Origin: Gemmatimonadales bacterium
Lineage (GTDB): Bacteria; Gemmatimonadota; Gemmatimonadetes; Gemmatimonadales; GWC2-71-9
NCBI GenBank assembly: GCA_041390145.1
Contig: JAWKQM010000012.1
Span: 18,167-82,166, forward strand
Reading direction: 5' to 3'
Length of the DNA: 64,000 bases
The notes below the pieces were generated by a model. The model saw only the letters and a list, made by a program, of their open reading frames with translations, did no database searches and was not told where the DNA came from. Position numbers and translations under genes: made by a program. How positions within the stretch are numbered: position 1 is the stretch's first letter; every line of letters begins with the position of its first letter. Shown piece by piece: positions 1 to 10,833 of this stretch.

Positions 1-798
1 ATCGTCCGCCTCCCCGGCGGCCTGACCATCGGGGGCGACGAGGTGCCGGTCATTGCGGGCCCCTGCTCCGTCGAGGGTGAGGCACAGCTGCTCGCCGCGG
101 CGCATATCGTGAAGGAGGCGGGCGCCACGCTCCTCCGCGCCGGCGCCTTCAAGCCACGGAGCTCGCCCTACTCGTTCCAGGGGCTGGGTCAGGAAGGGTT
201 GAAGCTGCTGGCGCTTGCCCGCCGGGAAACCGGATTGCTGATCGTGACGGAAGCCGTGGATCCCGAAGGGGTCGACGCGGTGGCCGAGGTGGCCGACATC
301 ATCCAGATCGGCGCGCGCAACATGCAGAATTACTCCCTGCTCCGCCGGGCAGGCCGGGCCGGGAAGCCGGTCCTGTTGAAGCGCGGAATTGCCGCGACCA
401 TCCAGGAGCTGCTCCTGGCCGCCGAATACCTGCTGGCCGAGGGCAACGCCGATATCGTGCTCTGCGAGCGGGGCATCCGGAGCTACGACACCCAGAACCG
501 CAATCTTCTCGACCTGAGCGCCATCCCCACGGTGCATGCGCTGTCCCACCTGCCGATCATTGCCGACCCGAGCCATGGCACTGGCCGGAGGGACATGGTT
601 CCCTCGATGGCCCGGGCCGCCGTAGCCGCCGGCGCCGATGGCCTGCTGGTGGAGGTCCACCCTTCGCCCGAGCAGGCGCTCTCCGACGGCGCGCAAAGCC
701 TCCGGCCGGAGCAGTTTGGGCAAATGATGGGAGAGCTGCGCCTCATCGCCGACGCGATCGGCCGGCGAATCGCGGAACCGGCCGGGGCGCGCACGTGA
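1..798 (+). CDS. aroF: 3-deoxy-7-phosphoheptulonate (DAHP) synthase, class I-beta type; 5' end cut by window edge
   Basis: Frame 1 is open from nt 1. Blocks [66 protein letters not shown] match Thermotoga/Bacillus-type DAHP synthases. Confidence 0.9.
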   Translation: MVRLPGGLTIGGDEVPVIAGPCSVEGEAQLLAAAHIVKEAGATLLRAGAFKPRSSPYSFQGLGQEGLKLLALARRETGLLIVTEAVDPEGVDAVAEVADIIQIGARNMQNYSLLRRAGRAGKPVLLKRGIAATIQELLLAAEYLLAEGNADIVLCERGIRSYDTQNRNLLDLSAIPTVHALSHLPIIADPSHGTGRRDMVPSMARAAVAAGADGLLVEVHPSPEQALSDGAQSLRPEQFGQMMGELRLIADAIGRRIAEPAGART

Positions 799-1448
799 TC
801 GGCTGCCGCGCGGCCCTGATCGGCCTGGCCGTCGCCCTCGGCACCGCGCCGGCGCACGCCCAGCGCGCCGATTCCATTGTCCAGCGCACGGCGACCATCT
901 ACCGGCAACTGCATTCCCTCACCGCCAGCTTCGACCAGGTGGTCAGCAATGAGATGCTCGGCACCTACAACAGCCAGGGCCGGCTGGCGCAGTCGGGGCC
1001 GTCGCGCCTCTCGATGCGGTTTACCGATCCGGCTGGCGAAGCCATCGTCATCGATGGCACCTCGATCTGGATCTACACGCCGAGCACCGCACCAGGACAG
1101 GTGCTTCGGGCGCCGATCGTGCGCGCGGCCGGCTACGGCGTAAACCTGCTGGGATGGCTGCTCGATCGGCCGACCGAGCGCTATACGGTGAGCTACCTGC
1201 GCGCCGACGATATTGCGGGAACCGCCGTCGATGTCCTGCAGATGACACCGGCGGTGGAAGGCCTGCCCTTTACCTCGGCCACGCTGTGGCTGGCAAAGAG
1301 CGATGGGCTGCCCCGGCGCATCGAGGTCTCCGAGCCGTCGGGAAACCACCGGACCCTTACCCTCTCGAAGCTGCGCACCAATGTGACCCTTCCACCGGAC
1401 ACGTTCGTCTTCACGCCACCGAAGGGCGTGAAGGTCATCGACCAATAG
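795..1448 (+). CDS. LolA-like outer-membrane lipoprotein carrier family protein (exported)
   Basis: GTG start overlaps the aroF stop (GTGA). Signal peptide [23 protein letters not shown]. The mature part ([34 protein letters not shown]...GLPRRIEV) follows the LolA-fold family pattern. Confidence 0.6.
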   Translation: MIGCRAALIGLAVALGTAPAHAQRADSIVQRTATIYRQLHSLTASFDQVVSNEMLGTYNSQGRLAQSGPSRLSMRFTDPAGEAIVIDGTSIWIYTPSTAPGQVLRAPIVRAAGYGVNLLGWLLDRPTERYTVSYLRADDIAGTAVDVLQMTPAVEGLPFTSATLWLAKSDGLPRRIEVSEPSGNHRTLTLSKLRTNVTLPPDTFVFTPPKGVKVIDQ

Positions 1449-2289
1449 CGGCCCGCAGCACCGACTCCACCTCTCCCGCCATCCCCTCCTCGAGTCCGGC
1501 CCGGCGCGACAGCGCCAGCGCCTCCAGGCCGACCACCGCGTAGAGCGCCCGGTCGCCCGGCGACAGCGCGGCGAGGTGGGCCACCACGGTCGCGGTGTCT
1601 CCGCGGCGGATCGCGCCGGTCAACGCCTCCGCCGGAGCGAGGTCGTCGAGATTGTCTGCCGCGCCGTGCAGCAGCGGCAGGTAGATCCGCGAGGCCAGGT
1701 CGGCCGGCACACCCGCCTCCTCCGCCAGCCGCACCGCCACCCCCATCAGCGTCACCGTGTAGTTCGCCACGAGCGTCGCCCCCACGTGGTACGCGGCCTT
1801 GGCGCCGGACGGGATGCTCACCGGCGTCATCCCGAGGAGGCCCGCCAGCTGTTCGGCGGCCGCCAGCGCCCGGTCGTCACCCTCGATTCCCGCATAGGCG
1901 CCACGCAGCCGCTCGGGGGCCGCCGTGGGGTCCGACACCGACTGCAGGGGGTGGAAGGACCCGCGGCCCACAGCGGTTCCCTCCAGCGCCTGGAGCGCGT
2001 CCCGATCGAGTAGCCCGGAGAGATGCAGCACCGCCTGCCGGGCGGTCAGACTCGCCTCGGTGGCGAGGCGCGCGGCAATCGACGGAATCACCCCGTCCGG
2101 GGTGGCAATGATCACGATGTCGGCGTCGCGACAGCCGCCGGCCCAGTCGTTGGCCTGCACGACGAGCGGCGGGGGGACCGGCTTCGCCCGTCGGCCCAAC
2201 AGGGTCACCGACGTCCCCGAACGCGAAAGGGCCAGGGCAATGCCCTGGCCCATCCGGCCGGCGCCGATGACGGCGACGCGAATTGGCAT
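1435..2289 (-). CDS. Rossmann-fold NAD(P)-binding protein with DUF2520-like C-terminal domain
   Basis: N-terminal VAVIGAGRMGQGIALAL dinucleotide-binding motif. C-terminal part (AAYHVGATLVANY...LLHGAADNL) is typical of DUF2520 proteins. It lies 4 nt downstream of the S41 protease gene. Confidence 0.7.
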   Translation of the reverse strand: MPIRVAVIGAGRMGQGIALALSRSGTSVTLLGRRAKPVPPPLVVQANDWAGGCRDADIVIIATPDGVIPSIAARLATEASLTARQAVLHLSGLLDRDALQALEGTAVGRGSFHPLQSVSDPTAAPERLRGAYAGIEGDDRALAAAEQLAGLLGMTPVSIPSGAKAAYHVGATLVANYTVTLMGVAVRLAEEAGVPADLASRIYLPLLHGAADNLDDLAPAEALTGAIRRGDTATVVAHLAALSPGDRALYAVVGLEALALSRRAGLEEGMAGEVESVLRAAIGR

Positions 2290-2293
2290 GGAT

Positions 2294-3934
2294 CTACTTC
2301 CCGGCTGGTACCGGATGCGCGGGGGCCAGCGACAGGAGCGCCTTCGGAGTGGACGCCTTCGTCAGGAGGCCGAGCGCCGTCTGCACCTGCGGGTCGTCCG
2401 CGGCCCGCCGCTGGAACTCTGCGGACCGGCCGAAGACATACCGCGCAATCACGTACCCGAGCTGCGCATCGACCCACCGTGCGGCGCCGTTGAAAGTGGC
2501 CTCGCTCACGTCGACGCCCTTGGCGCGCAGCCTGGTGTACACCTGGTTGCGCATGGCCGGCGTCACCGCGAAGTTGGGCGACTTCAGCGTCCCCGCGTTC
2601 TTGAGTTCGAGGGCGTAGGTGGTCATTACGTCGAAGTAGGCCGGGATATCGGCGCCGAGCGCATCGCGGAACGCGCGTTCGGCGGTGGTGAACGTATCCT
2701 GCTGCACAACGATATCCGGCACGATGCCGCCACCGCCGAGCACAATGCGGCCGTCGTCCGTCTTGAACTCGGGAAGCGCGAGGGAGTCGCCCTTCGCTTC
2801 CAGCACCGAGTCGGGGACGATGCCGCCGTTCTGGGCCGCGAGCATGGCCTGGATCATCTGGTCCCGCTGGTCCGACGCGGTGCGCTGGATGGTCCGCCCG
2901 CTGGGAGTGTACCACCGTGCGGTGGTCAACTTGAGCGCCGTGTTCTGGTCGATGCGGAACACCGACTGGACCAGCCCCTTGCCGAAGGTCGGCAAACCGA
3001 CCACGAGGGCACGGTCGTGGTCCTGGAGTGCGCCGGCGATGATCTCGGCCGCGCTGGCCGAGTACATGTCCACCAGCACCACAATCGGCATGTCCGGCCA
3101 CGCCTGCGGCTTCGTGTCGGAGTAGACCTCCGAGGAGCCCGCCGCGCGCCCGCGAGTCGAGACGACTTCCTGGCCCGGATTGAGGAAGAGATCTGAAACG
3201 TCGACCCCCTCATCGAGCAGGCCGCCGGGGTTCCCGCGAAGATCCAGGATCAGGGAGGTGGCGCCCAGGCCCCGCAGGCTGTCGATCCCGGAGCGAAGCT
3301 CACTCGTCGAGGCCTGGCTCACGGTGGAGAGCGCGAGGTACGCGATGTGGCCGGAGAACAGCGTCGGGGAAATGACTGATCGATTGTGGATCTGCGCCCG
3401 CGTGAGCTTGAATTCGATCGGCCCATCCACGCCCGCCCGCCGCACCGTCAGCACCACGTCGGTCCCTGCCGGCCCGCGCAGGGTAGAGACCGCCTTCTCC
3501 GACGAGTAATCCTGCGTGGTGGTGCCGTCGATGGCCGTGATCTGGTCGCCAGTCTGGATCCCGGCCCGCTCCGCCGGCGTGTCCGGCAGCGGTGCGACCA
3601 CGGTAATCCAGCCAGCGCGCACCTCGATCTGGATGCCGAGTCCGCCGTAGTTGCCGGTCGTGGTCTCGGTCAGCGCCTTGTAGTTGTCGCCCTGAAGGAG
3701 GTCGGTGTAGGGGTCGTGCAACTCCTCGAGCATTCCGACGGTGGCCTTCTGGTAGAGGGCCGCCTCGCCGATGCTGTCGACGTAGTACGTCTGCACGCGG
3801 GCGAGGACGTCATCGAACAGGCGGGCGCTCTGGTAAACGCCGCCGTCGTTGGTCACACCGCGCTGCAGCAGCCACCCGCCCGAAAAGAATGAAATGCACG
3901 CCACCGCCAGAATGAGTCCCCACCGTTGCTTCAT
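2294..3934 (-). CDS. S41 family carboxyl-terminal processing peptidase (PDZ-containing)
   Basis: PDZ block GGLGIQIEVRAGWITVVAPLPDTPAERAGIQTGDQITAIDG. S41 blocks LILDLRGNPGG and SASAAEIIAGALQD..RALVVG.PTFGKG. Start set at ATG 3934 (MKQRWGLILAV) because GGAGG lies 5 nt upstream and it overlaps the tmk stop as ATGA. Confidence 0.9.
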   Translation of the reverse strand: MKQRWGLILAVACISFFSGGWLLQRGVTNDGGVYQSARLFDDVLARVQTYYVDSIGEAALYQKATVGMLEELHDPYTDLLQGDNYKALTETTTGNYGGLGIQIEVRAGWITVVAPLPDTPAERAGIQTGDQITAIDGTTTQDYSSEKAVSTLRGPAGTDVVLTVRRAGVDGPIEFKLTRAQIHNRSVISPTLFSGHIAYLALSTVSQASTSELRSGIDSLRGLGATSLILDLRGNPGGLLDEGVDVSDLFLNPGQEVVSTRGRAAGSSEVYSDTKPQAWPDMPIVVLVDMYSASAAEIIAGALQDHDRALVVGLPTFGKGLVQSVFRIDQNTALKLTTARWYTPSGRTIQRTASDQRDQMIQAMLAAQNGGIVPDSVLEAKGDSLALPEFKTDDGRIVLGGGGIVPDIVVQQDTFTTAERAFRDALGADIPAYFDVMTTYALELKNAGTLKSPNFAVTPAMRNQVYTRLRAKGVDVSEATFNGAARWVDAQLGYVIARYVFGRSAEFQRRAADDPQVQTALGLLTKASTPKALLSLAPAHPVPAGK

Positions 3935-4566
3935 GACTTCCTCCAAAGGTCAGGCCGCACGTTCCGCACGGCCGTCCAGGCTGCCTCGAGCAGGCGCTCG
4001 GGGCTCCCGGTGCCATCTAAGTGTACAATGCCGGGGCCGGTGACGCCGACATAGGCCCGGCAGATCCGCTCATGAAATTCGCCCGACTCCCGGTCGAGCC
4101 GGTCCAGCGCCTTGCCGGCCGCCTCCTGCCTCCCCCGCCCCACGCCAGGCGGGAGGTCCAATATCAGTGTGATGTCCGGCCGCAGGCCCCCCGTCGCAGC
4201 GGCGTTTCCCGCAGCCACCAGCGCCTTGTCCAGCCCCCGGCCAACCACCTGGTAGACTTCGGTTGACAGGGTGAACCGATCGGCCAGCACCACCTGCCCG
4301 GCGGCGAGCGCCGGCCGGAGCACCTGTGCGGTCAAGTCAGCCCGTGCGGCGAGGAACAGGAAGAGCTCGGCCACCGGGGCGACGGTGTGGTCTGCCTCCA
4401 GCAGCGTCTGGCGCACCGATTCGGCCAGTGCCGTGCCGCCGGGCTCCCGCACCACCACCGGGGCCTGCCCGGAGGTCGCCATGCGAGCGGCAAGGGCGCG
4501 GATCAGGGTGGACTTGCCCGAGCCCTCCGGACCCTCGACCACGACGAACAGCCCGGGATCGGCCAT
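3931..4566 (-). CDS. tmk: dTMP (thymidylate) kinase
   Basis: FVVVEGPEGSGKST P-loop, REPGGT motif, typical length of 211 aa. Confidence 0.9.
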   Translation of the reverse strand: MADPGLFVVVEGPEGSGKSTLIRALAARMATSGQAPVVVREPGGTALAESVRQTLLEADHTVAPVAELFLFLAARADLTAQVLRPALAAGQVVLADRFTLSTEVYQVVGRGLDKALVAAGNAAATGGLRPDITLILDLPPGVGRGRQEAAGKALDRLDRESGEFHERICRAYVGVTGPGIVHLDGTGSPERLLEAAWTAVRNVRPDLWRKS

Positions 4567-4916
4567 CAGAGCGTGATGATGTTGCTCGTGGCGCCCTGTT
4601 CCATCCCCTCGCTGATATCCTGATTGACCTTCGTCATCAGCTTCTCGAAATTGGTGCGGGCCACCGCGTAGGCCTGGCCGGTCGCGCTGAGCTCGAGTTC
4701 CCGGACCGCGTCCTCGTACGACGACATCGTCTCGGGGTCGGGATTCTCGCCGGCGGCCATCATCTTCTCGACCTTGGTCGCGAGCTGCTGGATGGCGTCG
4801 AGCTTGGCCACCGTGGGGGCATCCTCACGCAGCGCCTGCTCCGTGCGCCGGAGGGTCTTGTACTCCGTCGACTGGCCGATCTGGCGGCCGAGGTCCTTCG
4901 CCTTCTCCGAAATCAC
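4566..4916 (-). CDS. YlbF/YmcA-like small helical regulator family protein
   Basis: 116-aa helical protein with no signal peptide. Layout resembles the Com_YlbF family. Coupled to prmC (4-nt overlap) and tmk (1-nt overlap). Confidence 0.5.
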   Translation of the reverse strand: MISEKAKDLGRQIGQSTEYKTLRRTEQALREDAPTVAKLDAIQQLATKVEKMMAAGENPDPETMSSYEDAVRELELSATGQAYAVARTNFEKLMTKVNQDISEGMEQGATSNIITL

Positions 4917-5770
4917 GACGTCTCACTCCTCCGCGCGAGCACAAAGCGCGCGCGGTCATAGAGGTCCAGGTGTACGACCGGGGCGATCCACCCTGCCTCG
5001 GCCGCAAGGGAGGCCACCTCGGCCGCCCGATGACAATCCACTTCAAGGGCAATCCACCCGCCCTGCTTCACCACATCCCGCCCAGCCACCAGCAGGCGGC
5101 GGGTGGCGTCGAGCCCATCCTCACCGCTCTCCAGCGCCTGTCTCGGCTCCCAGTCCCGCACCGCAGGGTCGAGCGCGCGATACTCGCCACCGGTGAGGTA
5201 CGGCGGGTTTGCCACGAGCACGTCGAGCGATTCCCCCTGCAGCGGTTCCAGGAGGTCGCCCAGCCGCCATTCCACGGTGAGCCCGGCGCGCTGGCCGTTC
5301 TCACGCGCCTGCGCGATCGCGTCGGGTGAGGCGTCCGCCCCGATCACCCGATCGTAGCGACCCTCCTGGGCCAGCGACAGGGCAATGCAGCCGCTGCCGG
5401 TGCAGACGTCAGCAACGACGCCGACCGGCATTCTATCCAAGACGAGGGCAACCAGCCCTTCGGTTTCGGGCCGCGGGAGGAGCGCCCGGCGGTCAGCCGC
5501 CAGTTGCAGGTGCCGAAAGCCGATGTTCCCCGTCACGTAGGCCAGTGGCTCCCCCGTGGCGCGGCGCGCCACCAGATGCGCCAGTCGATCCACGTCCTCG
5601 GCGGTCAGGACCCGATCGAGGCGCAATCGCGCCTGCCCCGGCGCAAGACCCCAGGCCGCCTCCGCGAGCCTTGAGGCCCCCCGGCGCGCGCTGGGTACCC
5701 CGGCCCCGCGAAGGGCCTCTGCGGCGCCCTCGAGGGCGGCTGCCGCGGTCACCGGCGGGTCAGCGACCAC
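4913..5770 (-). CDS. prmC: peptide chain release factor N5-glutamine methyltransferase
   Basis: SAM-binding DVCTGSGCIAL and catalytic NPPY (VLVANPPYL). Lies directly downstream of prfA and overlaps it. Confidence 0.9.
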   Translation of the reverse strand: MVADPPVTAAAALEGAAEALRGAGVPSARRGASRLAEAAWGLAPGQARLRLDRVLTAEDVDRLAHLVARRATGEPLAYVTGNIGFRHLQLAADRRALLPRPETEGLVALVLDRMPVGVVADVCTGSGCIALSLAQEGRYDRVIGADASPDAIAQARENGQRAGLTVEWRLGDLLEPLQGESLDVLVANPPYLTGGEYRALDPAVRDWEPRQALESGEDGLDATRRLLVAGRDVVKQGGWIALEVDCHRAAEVASLAAEAGWIAPVVHLDLYDRARFVLARRSETS

Positions 5771-6824
5771 TCGCCGCCTCTTCCTGACGGCTCGCCACGC
5801 GGAGCGCCTCGACCACTTCTTCGATGTGCCCGTCCATGATGTCCGGGAGGTTGTGCACCGAGAGGTTGATGCGGTGGTCCGTCACGCGACTCTGCGGATA
5901 ATTGTACGTCCGGATCTTGGCCGAGCGGTCGCCGGTGCCGACCATCGCCCGCCGATCCTGCGAGCGGGCCGCTTCCTGCTCGGCAATCATCCGGTCCAGC
6001 AGGCGCGCCCGCAGGACTTCCATGGCCTTGAGCTTGTTCTGCAGCTGCGACTTCTGGTCTTGCTGACTGACCACCAGCCCGGACGGCAGGTGAGTGATCC
6101 GAACCGCGCTGTCGGTGGTGTTCACGCTCTGTCCCCCGGGGCCGGACGAGCGGAAGACGTCAATCTTGAGGTGGTTGGGATCGATCTTCACGTCCACCTC
6201 CTCAGCCTCGGGCAACACCGCCACCGTGGCGGCAGAGGTGTGGATACGGCCCTGGGTCTCAGTGGCGGGGACGCGCTGCACCCGGTGAACCCCCGACTCC
6301 CGCCGCAGGCGCCCATAGGCGTCCTGTCCGCGCACCGCGAAGATGACTTCGCGCAGACCGCCGAGCGAGGCACCGCTCTCCGAGATCAGTTCGATCCGCA
6401 AGCCGTGCCGCTCGCAGTACCGGGTGTACATGCGGTAAAGGTCCGCCGCGAAGAGCGCCGCCTCGTCCCCGCCGGTGCCTGCCCGGATCTCGACGATCGC
6501 GTCACGGTCGTCCAGCGGGTCCCGGGGCACCAGCAGCTCATGCAACTCTGCCCTGGTGGTCTCCACCTGGGCCGGGAGCCGCTCGAGATCGACCCGCGCC
6601 AATGCCACAAGCTCGGGATCGGCTTCCTGCGCCATTTCCCGAGCCTGAGAAAGTTCATCCTCGAGCCGCCGAAGCAACTCCGCCGTGCGCACGATCGGCA
6701 CCAGCCGGGCGTGTTCCCGTCCAAGAGTCGTCAGGCGCTTCGAATCACGGGCGGTGGCGGGGTCGGACAGTTCCCGCGACACCTCCTCCGCCCTGGCCAA
6801 GGCCTGGCGGAGGCGCGCCTCCAT
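5760..6824 (-). CDS. prfA: peptide chain release factor 1
   Basis: GGQ motif (SSGPGGQSVNTTDSAVRITHLPSG), PxT-type RF1 body, 354 aa. Confidence 0.95.
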   Translation of the reverse strand: MEARLRQALARAEEVSRELSDPATARDSKRLTTLGREHARLVPIVRTAELLRRLEDELSQAREMAQEADPELVALARVDLERLPAQVETTRAELHELLVPRDPLDDRDAIVEIRAGTGGDEAALFAADLYRMYTRYCERHGLRIELISESGASLGGLREVIFAVRGQDAYGRLRRESGVHRVQRVPATETQGRIHTSAATVAVLPEAEEVDVKIDPNHLKIDVFRSSGPGGQSVNTTDSAVRITHLPSGLVVSQQDQKSQLQNKLKAMEVLRARLLDRMIAEQEAARSQDRRAMVGTGDRSAKIRTYNYPQSRVTDHRINLSVHNLPDIMDGHIEEVVEALRVASRQEEAASGR

Positions 6825-6827
6825 GCC

Positions 6828-7046
6828 CTACTCCTTTGAAGCGTCGGCGCCTGCCTGGTAACGGCGGCGGAACCGATCGACGCGACCAGCGGTGTCCATC
6901 AGGCGCTGCTTGCCGGTGTAATATGGATGGCACTTCGCGCACACTTCGACGTGGATCGAGGTCGCCGTCGAGCGGGTCTCGAATGTGTTGCCGCAGGCGC
7001 AGAGGGCCGTCAGCTTCTTGTATACGGGATGAATGTCGGCCTTCAC
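6828..7046 (-). CDS. rpmE: 50S ribosomal protein L31 (Zn-ribbon form)
   Basis: [11 protein letters not shown]...CACGN...[13 protein letters not shown] start with GGAG upstream. Confidence 0.95.
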   Translation of the reverse strand: MKADIHPVYKKLTALCACGNTFETRSTATSIHVEVCAKCHPYYTGKQRLMDTAGRVDRFRRRYQAGADASKE

Positions 7047-7241
7047 GGGGAGCTCCTGAGTGCATCGGGTGGTCGCCGAGGCCCGGAGTGGGCCAGGGTT
7101 CGCAAGCCGGGAAAGATAAACGAGTTACAGGCCGAACGGAAGCGCCCACGGCCCCCCCGCCGGCTGGGACGGGGCGCCACGAATTGACTCCGCCTCTCCC
7201 TCTAAGTAACGTCCCTGCTTCCACTTCCACGCTGAGGCCAA

Positions 7242-7919
7242 GTGACCCAGTCCCCGCTTGAGATCCTCCGCTCCGTCCCGATCCTTTCCAACGTCCCCCA
7301 GGCGGACCTCGCGGCCCTCGCCCAGGCCTCGCGGGAACGGTCCTACCCGGCTGGACAGGTGATCCTGCGACAGGACGCTCCTGGCGATGCCATGTACGTG
7401 GTCATCGAGGGACGGGTCAAGGTCGTCCTCATTGGCGAGGATGGGCGCGAGGTGATCCTCAGCGTCCTCGGCGCCGGGGCGGTGTTCGGGGAGATGTCAT
7501 TGCTCGACGATGCGCCGCGTTCGGCCCACGTCATTGCCATGACACCCTGCCATGTCATGACGCTCTATCGCGGGGCCTTCCACGAGCGGCTCCGGGCGTC
7601 GCCGGACCTCGCCCTCGCCATGCTGGCCGCGATGTCGAGCCGGCTGCGCGCGGCCGACGAGCGGATCCGCGCGCTGAGCCTGCTCGACGTCAACGGGCGG
7701 GTGGCGCATCTCCTCCTCCAGCAATCCGCCGAGGCAGGCAGCGACGCCTTCCCGCGCCGACTCACCCACCAGAACATGGCGGAGCTGATCGGGGCGAGCC
7801 GCGAAACGGTGTCGCGAACGCTGCGGCATCTCGTGGACCGGGAAGTGATCGCCATCGGGCGCCGGCAGGTCACGATCCTCGATCGTGCGGCACTCGAGGC
7901 GGCCGTTCGGCCAGCGTGA
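7242..7919 (+). CDS. Crp/Fnr family transcriptional regulator (cNMP-binding domain plus HTH)
   Basis: cNMP-binding block (GDAMYVVIEGRVKV...GEMSLLD..PRSA) and C-terminal HTH (HQNMAELIGASRETVSRTLRHL). GTG start with GAGG 5 nt upstream. Confidence 0.85.
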   Translation: MTQSPLEILRSVPILSNVPQADLAALAQASRERSYPAGQVILRQDAPGDAMYVVIEGRVKVVLIGEDGREVILSVLGAGAVFGEMSLLDDAPRSAHVIAMTPCHVMTLYRGAFHERLRASPDLALAMLAAMSSRLRAADERIRALSLLDVNGRVAHLLLQQSAEAGSDAFPRRLTHQNMAELIGASRETVSRTLRHLVDREVIAIGRRQVTILDRAALEAAVRPA

Positions 7920-7962
7920 CCCACATCACGGCACACACGCACTGGAAGCCCGTCATTGTCCC

Positions 7963-8865
<903 letters not shown>

Positions 8866-8891
8866 TCCAGATACTCACAAGGAGTGGACCG

Positions 8892-9578
8892 ATGATTCGC
8901 ACGGCCCGCCTGCTTTGCCTGTTTGCGCTCGTTTCCGCCGCGCCGCCGCTCCACGGCCAGGCCGCGGAGCCGACGATCGTCGTCCTGACCTTCGAGAATG
9001 GGGGCTCCTACGGCCTCGATTCCCTGGATTTCGCCGGCCTGGGTCGCGGCATTCCCGCGGCACTGACCGCCGCCCTGGCACGGAATTCCGCCCTGCGCAC
9101 GGTCGACCGCGCCCAGGCGCAGCAGCTGATCGAGCGTGAGGGGCTGGCTCGCAATGGCCGGGTGGACGCCGCGGTCGCCTCCAAGGTCGGAAAGCAACTG
9201 GGCGCGGGGTACGTGGTGACGGGGACGTTCGTGGATTACTACGGGCGGGTGCGCATCGACGCACGCCTCATTGACGGCAGCACCGGCACCATCCTGGAGG
9301 TGGTATCCACCGGCCAGCGTGCACGCGCGGAGTTGCCGCAGATGATTGCGGACATCGCGTCGCAGTTGATGTCCGGGAAGCGGCTGCCCGCGCTCTCGGC
9401 GGGCACGCCGGCGGCCGCCACGGTCAGCGCGGACGCGCTCGTCCTCTTCGGGCGCGCCGTCCTCGCACAGGACCAGGGGGACAACGCGGCGGCGACGCGG
9501 TACTATCAGCAAGCGCTGAAGATTTCGCCCGACTTTGCCGCGGCTAAGGACGGGTTGCGCTCGGTCCAGTCGTCGTAG
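8892..9578 (+). CDS. exported CsgG/LpoB-like scaffold protein with C-terminal TPR-like segment
   Basis: AAGGAG SD 8 nt before ATG 8892. Signal peptide MIRTARLLCLFALVSAAPPLHGQ. Core pattern IVVLTFEN...RTVDRAQAQQLIEREGL...GKQLGAGYVVTGTF...RIDARLIDGSTG, then a TPR-like tail (ATRYYQQALKISPDFAAAK). Confidence 0.45.
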   Translation: MIRTARLLCLFALVSAAPPLHGQAAEPTIVVLTFENGGSYGLDSLDFAGLGRGIPAALTAALARNSALRTVDRAQAQQLIEREGLARNGRVDAAVASKVGKQLGAGYVVTGTFVDYYGRVRIDARLIDGSTGTILEVVSTGQRARAELPQMIADIASQLMSGKRLPALSAGTPAAATVSADALVLFGRAVLAQDQGDNAAATRYYQQALKISPDFAAAKDGLRSVQSS

Positions 9579-10833
9579 GCAAGGTCGGCACTGCACGCAT
9601 GGCGCCGAGTGCCATGCCGAGATTGGCGGGCACGAAGAAGACCAGGATCGGGGCGTTCACCTGTGGAAACCAGGGTAGCACCTGGATGAACACTCCGAGC
9701 ACCGAGAGCACCGCGACGGTCACGGCCAGGTTGCGCAGTGCGGCCGGCGCGGGGCCGTCCCGGCGGGCCCACGCCGCCAGGACCCCGAACATTGCCAGGC
9801 CAAGGACGCTCGCCTGGAGGACGTTTTCGTTCCGGTAGGCGTAGGTGTGGTCGGTAAACGCCCACAGGTAGATGATGACGAGCCCCGCCAAGCCTGAGAG
9901 CAGTGACCAGATCCCGGCGAGCACCAGGAATGGTCGCCGCCCCCGCCCCGCCCCGTCGCGTCCACCGCTCCACGCGAGCAATCCACCCAGCAGCACTCCC
10001 AATACCAGGAACCACCCGAGCCAGAACGGGGGCGTATGGGTGGATGGTCCCATGTCCGCAGTGGCGGGCTGGAGGCGTACGGCATCCACCAGCGGAGCCG
10101 TCCCTCCGTCGAGCGCGGGATTGATGGCTGGTTCCACATACCGAGCGAGGTTGCCTGGGATGAACGCATCCTCCCAGGCCGACAACGGCTGGTCGGTCGA
10201 GGGGCCGAGGAGCAGCATCAGCCCAAAGTACCAGGCGGGGCTTCCGGCGGTGAGTTCCGCGGTGCGGGAACGGAACGTGGCGTTCGCCGGCACGCCAGCG
10301 AGCGCCGCCTCCAGTGCCCCGCCCAGGCTCACGTTCAGGGCATCACGCACCCGCGTCGAGCAGTTGTCCCGGAACGGTTGGTACCGGTAGTCCTTCATGT
10401 CGGGCAGGGCGTTGCGGGCGAGATTGGCCGCCAGCGTGCGAGCCTGGTCGGCCGTGAGCGCAAGGTCCTGGACTTCGACCGACCGGCCGGCGTTCACGTA
10501 GCGCTGGATATCGCGCGTCGCGATGTACCCGGCCATGGAGTAGAGCATCCGTCCCTGCAGGAAGTTCCAGTAGAAATTCTTCTGGCGGAAATCGAAGATT
10601 CCGAAGTTGTAGGCGATGTCCGTGCCGGCAGCGGAATCGGTCACCCGGATCATGTTGTGCCCGAATTTCTCCCAGAGGATCGGTCCGGGACCGATGGTGA
10701 CCAGCGAAATTTGGGGTGCGGCGGCCGGGTGGCCTGGGGCGGGATCTGCGGAGGAAAGCTGCGCCTTGGCGGCTCCGGCCGGCCAGGCGCCGAGCAGCCC
10801 GAGCAGGAGGGCCACTCGGCGCCCGCGGCTCAC
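9544..10833 (-). CDS. DUF4105 / Lnb-like protein (periplasmic N-domain plus polytopic C-terminal domain)
   Basis: Signal peptide, then LWEKFGHNMIRV...YNFGIFDF...RYQPFRDNCSTRVRDAL, a DUF4105-type block. The C-terminal third has at least 4 hydrophobic helices. 4-nt overlap with the upstream oxidoreductase gene. Confidence 0.65.
   Translation of the reverse strand: MSRGRRVALLLGLLGAWPAGAAKAQLSSADPAPGHPAAAPQISLVTIGPGPILWEKFGHNMIRVTDSAAGTDIAYNFGIFDFRQKNFYWNFLQGRMLYSMAGYIATRDIQRYVNAGRSVEVQDLALTADQARTLAANLARNALPDMKDYRYQPFRDNCSTRVRDALNVSLGGALEAALAGVPANATFRSRTAELTAGSPAWYFGLMLLLGPSTDQPLSAWEDAFIPGNLARYVEPAINPALDGGTAPLVDAVRLQPATADMGPSTHTPPFWLGWFLVLGVLLGGLLAWSGGRDGAGRGRRPFLVLAGIWSLLSGLAGLVIIYLWAFTDHTYAYRNENVLQASVLGLAMFGVLAAWARRDGPAPAALRNLAVTVAVLSVLGVFIQVLPWFPQVNAPILVFFVPANLGMALGAMRAVPTLPTTTGPSATRP

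Noticed and set aside
7885-7962. Upstream GTG extension of the MBL-fold hydrolase ORF.
   Set aside because: It overlaps the 3' end of the Crp/Fnr gene by 35 nt in another frame and encodes an Arg/His-rich peptide (MRHSRRPFGQRDPHHG) unlike MBL N-termini. The in-frame ATGs at 7963 and 8002 are more plausible.
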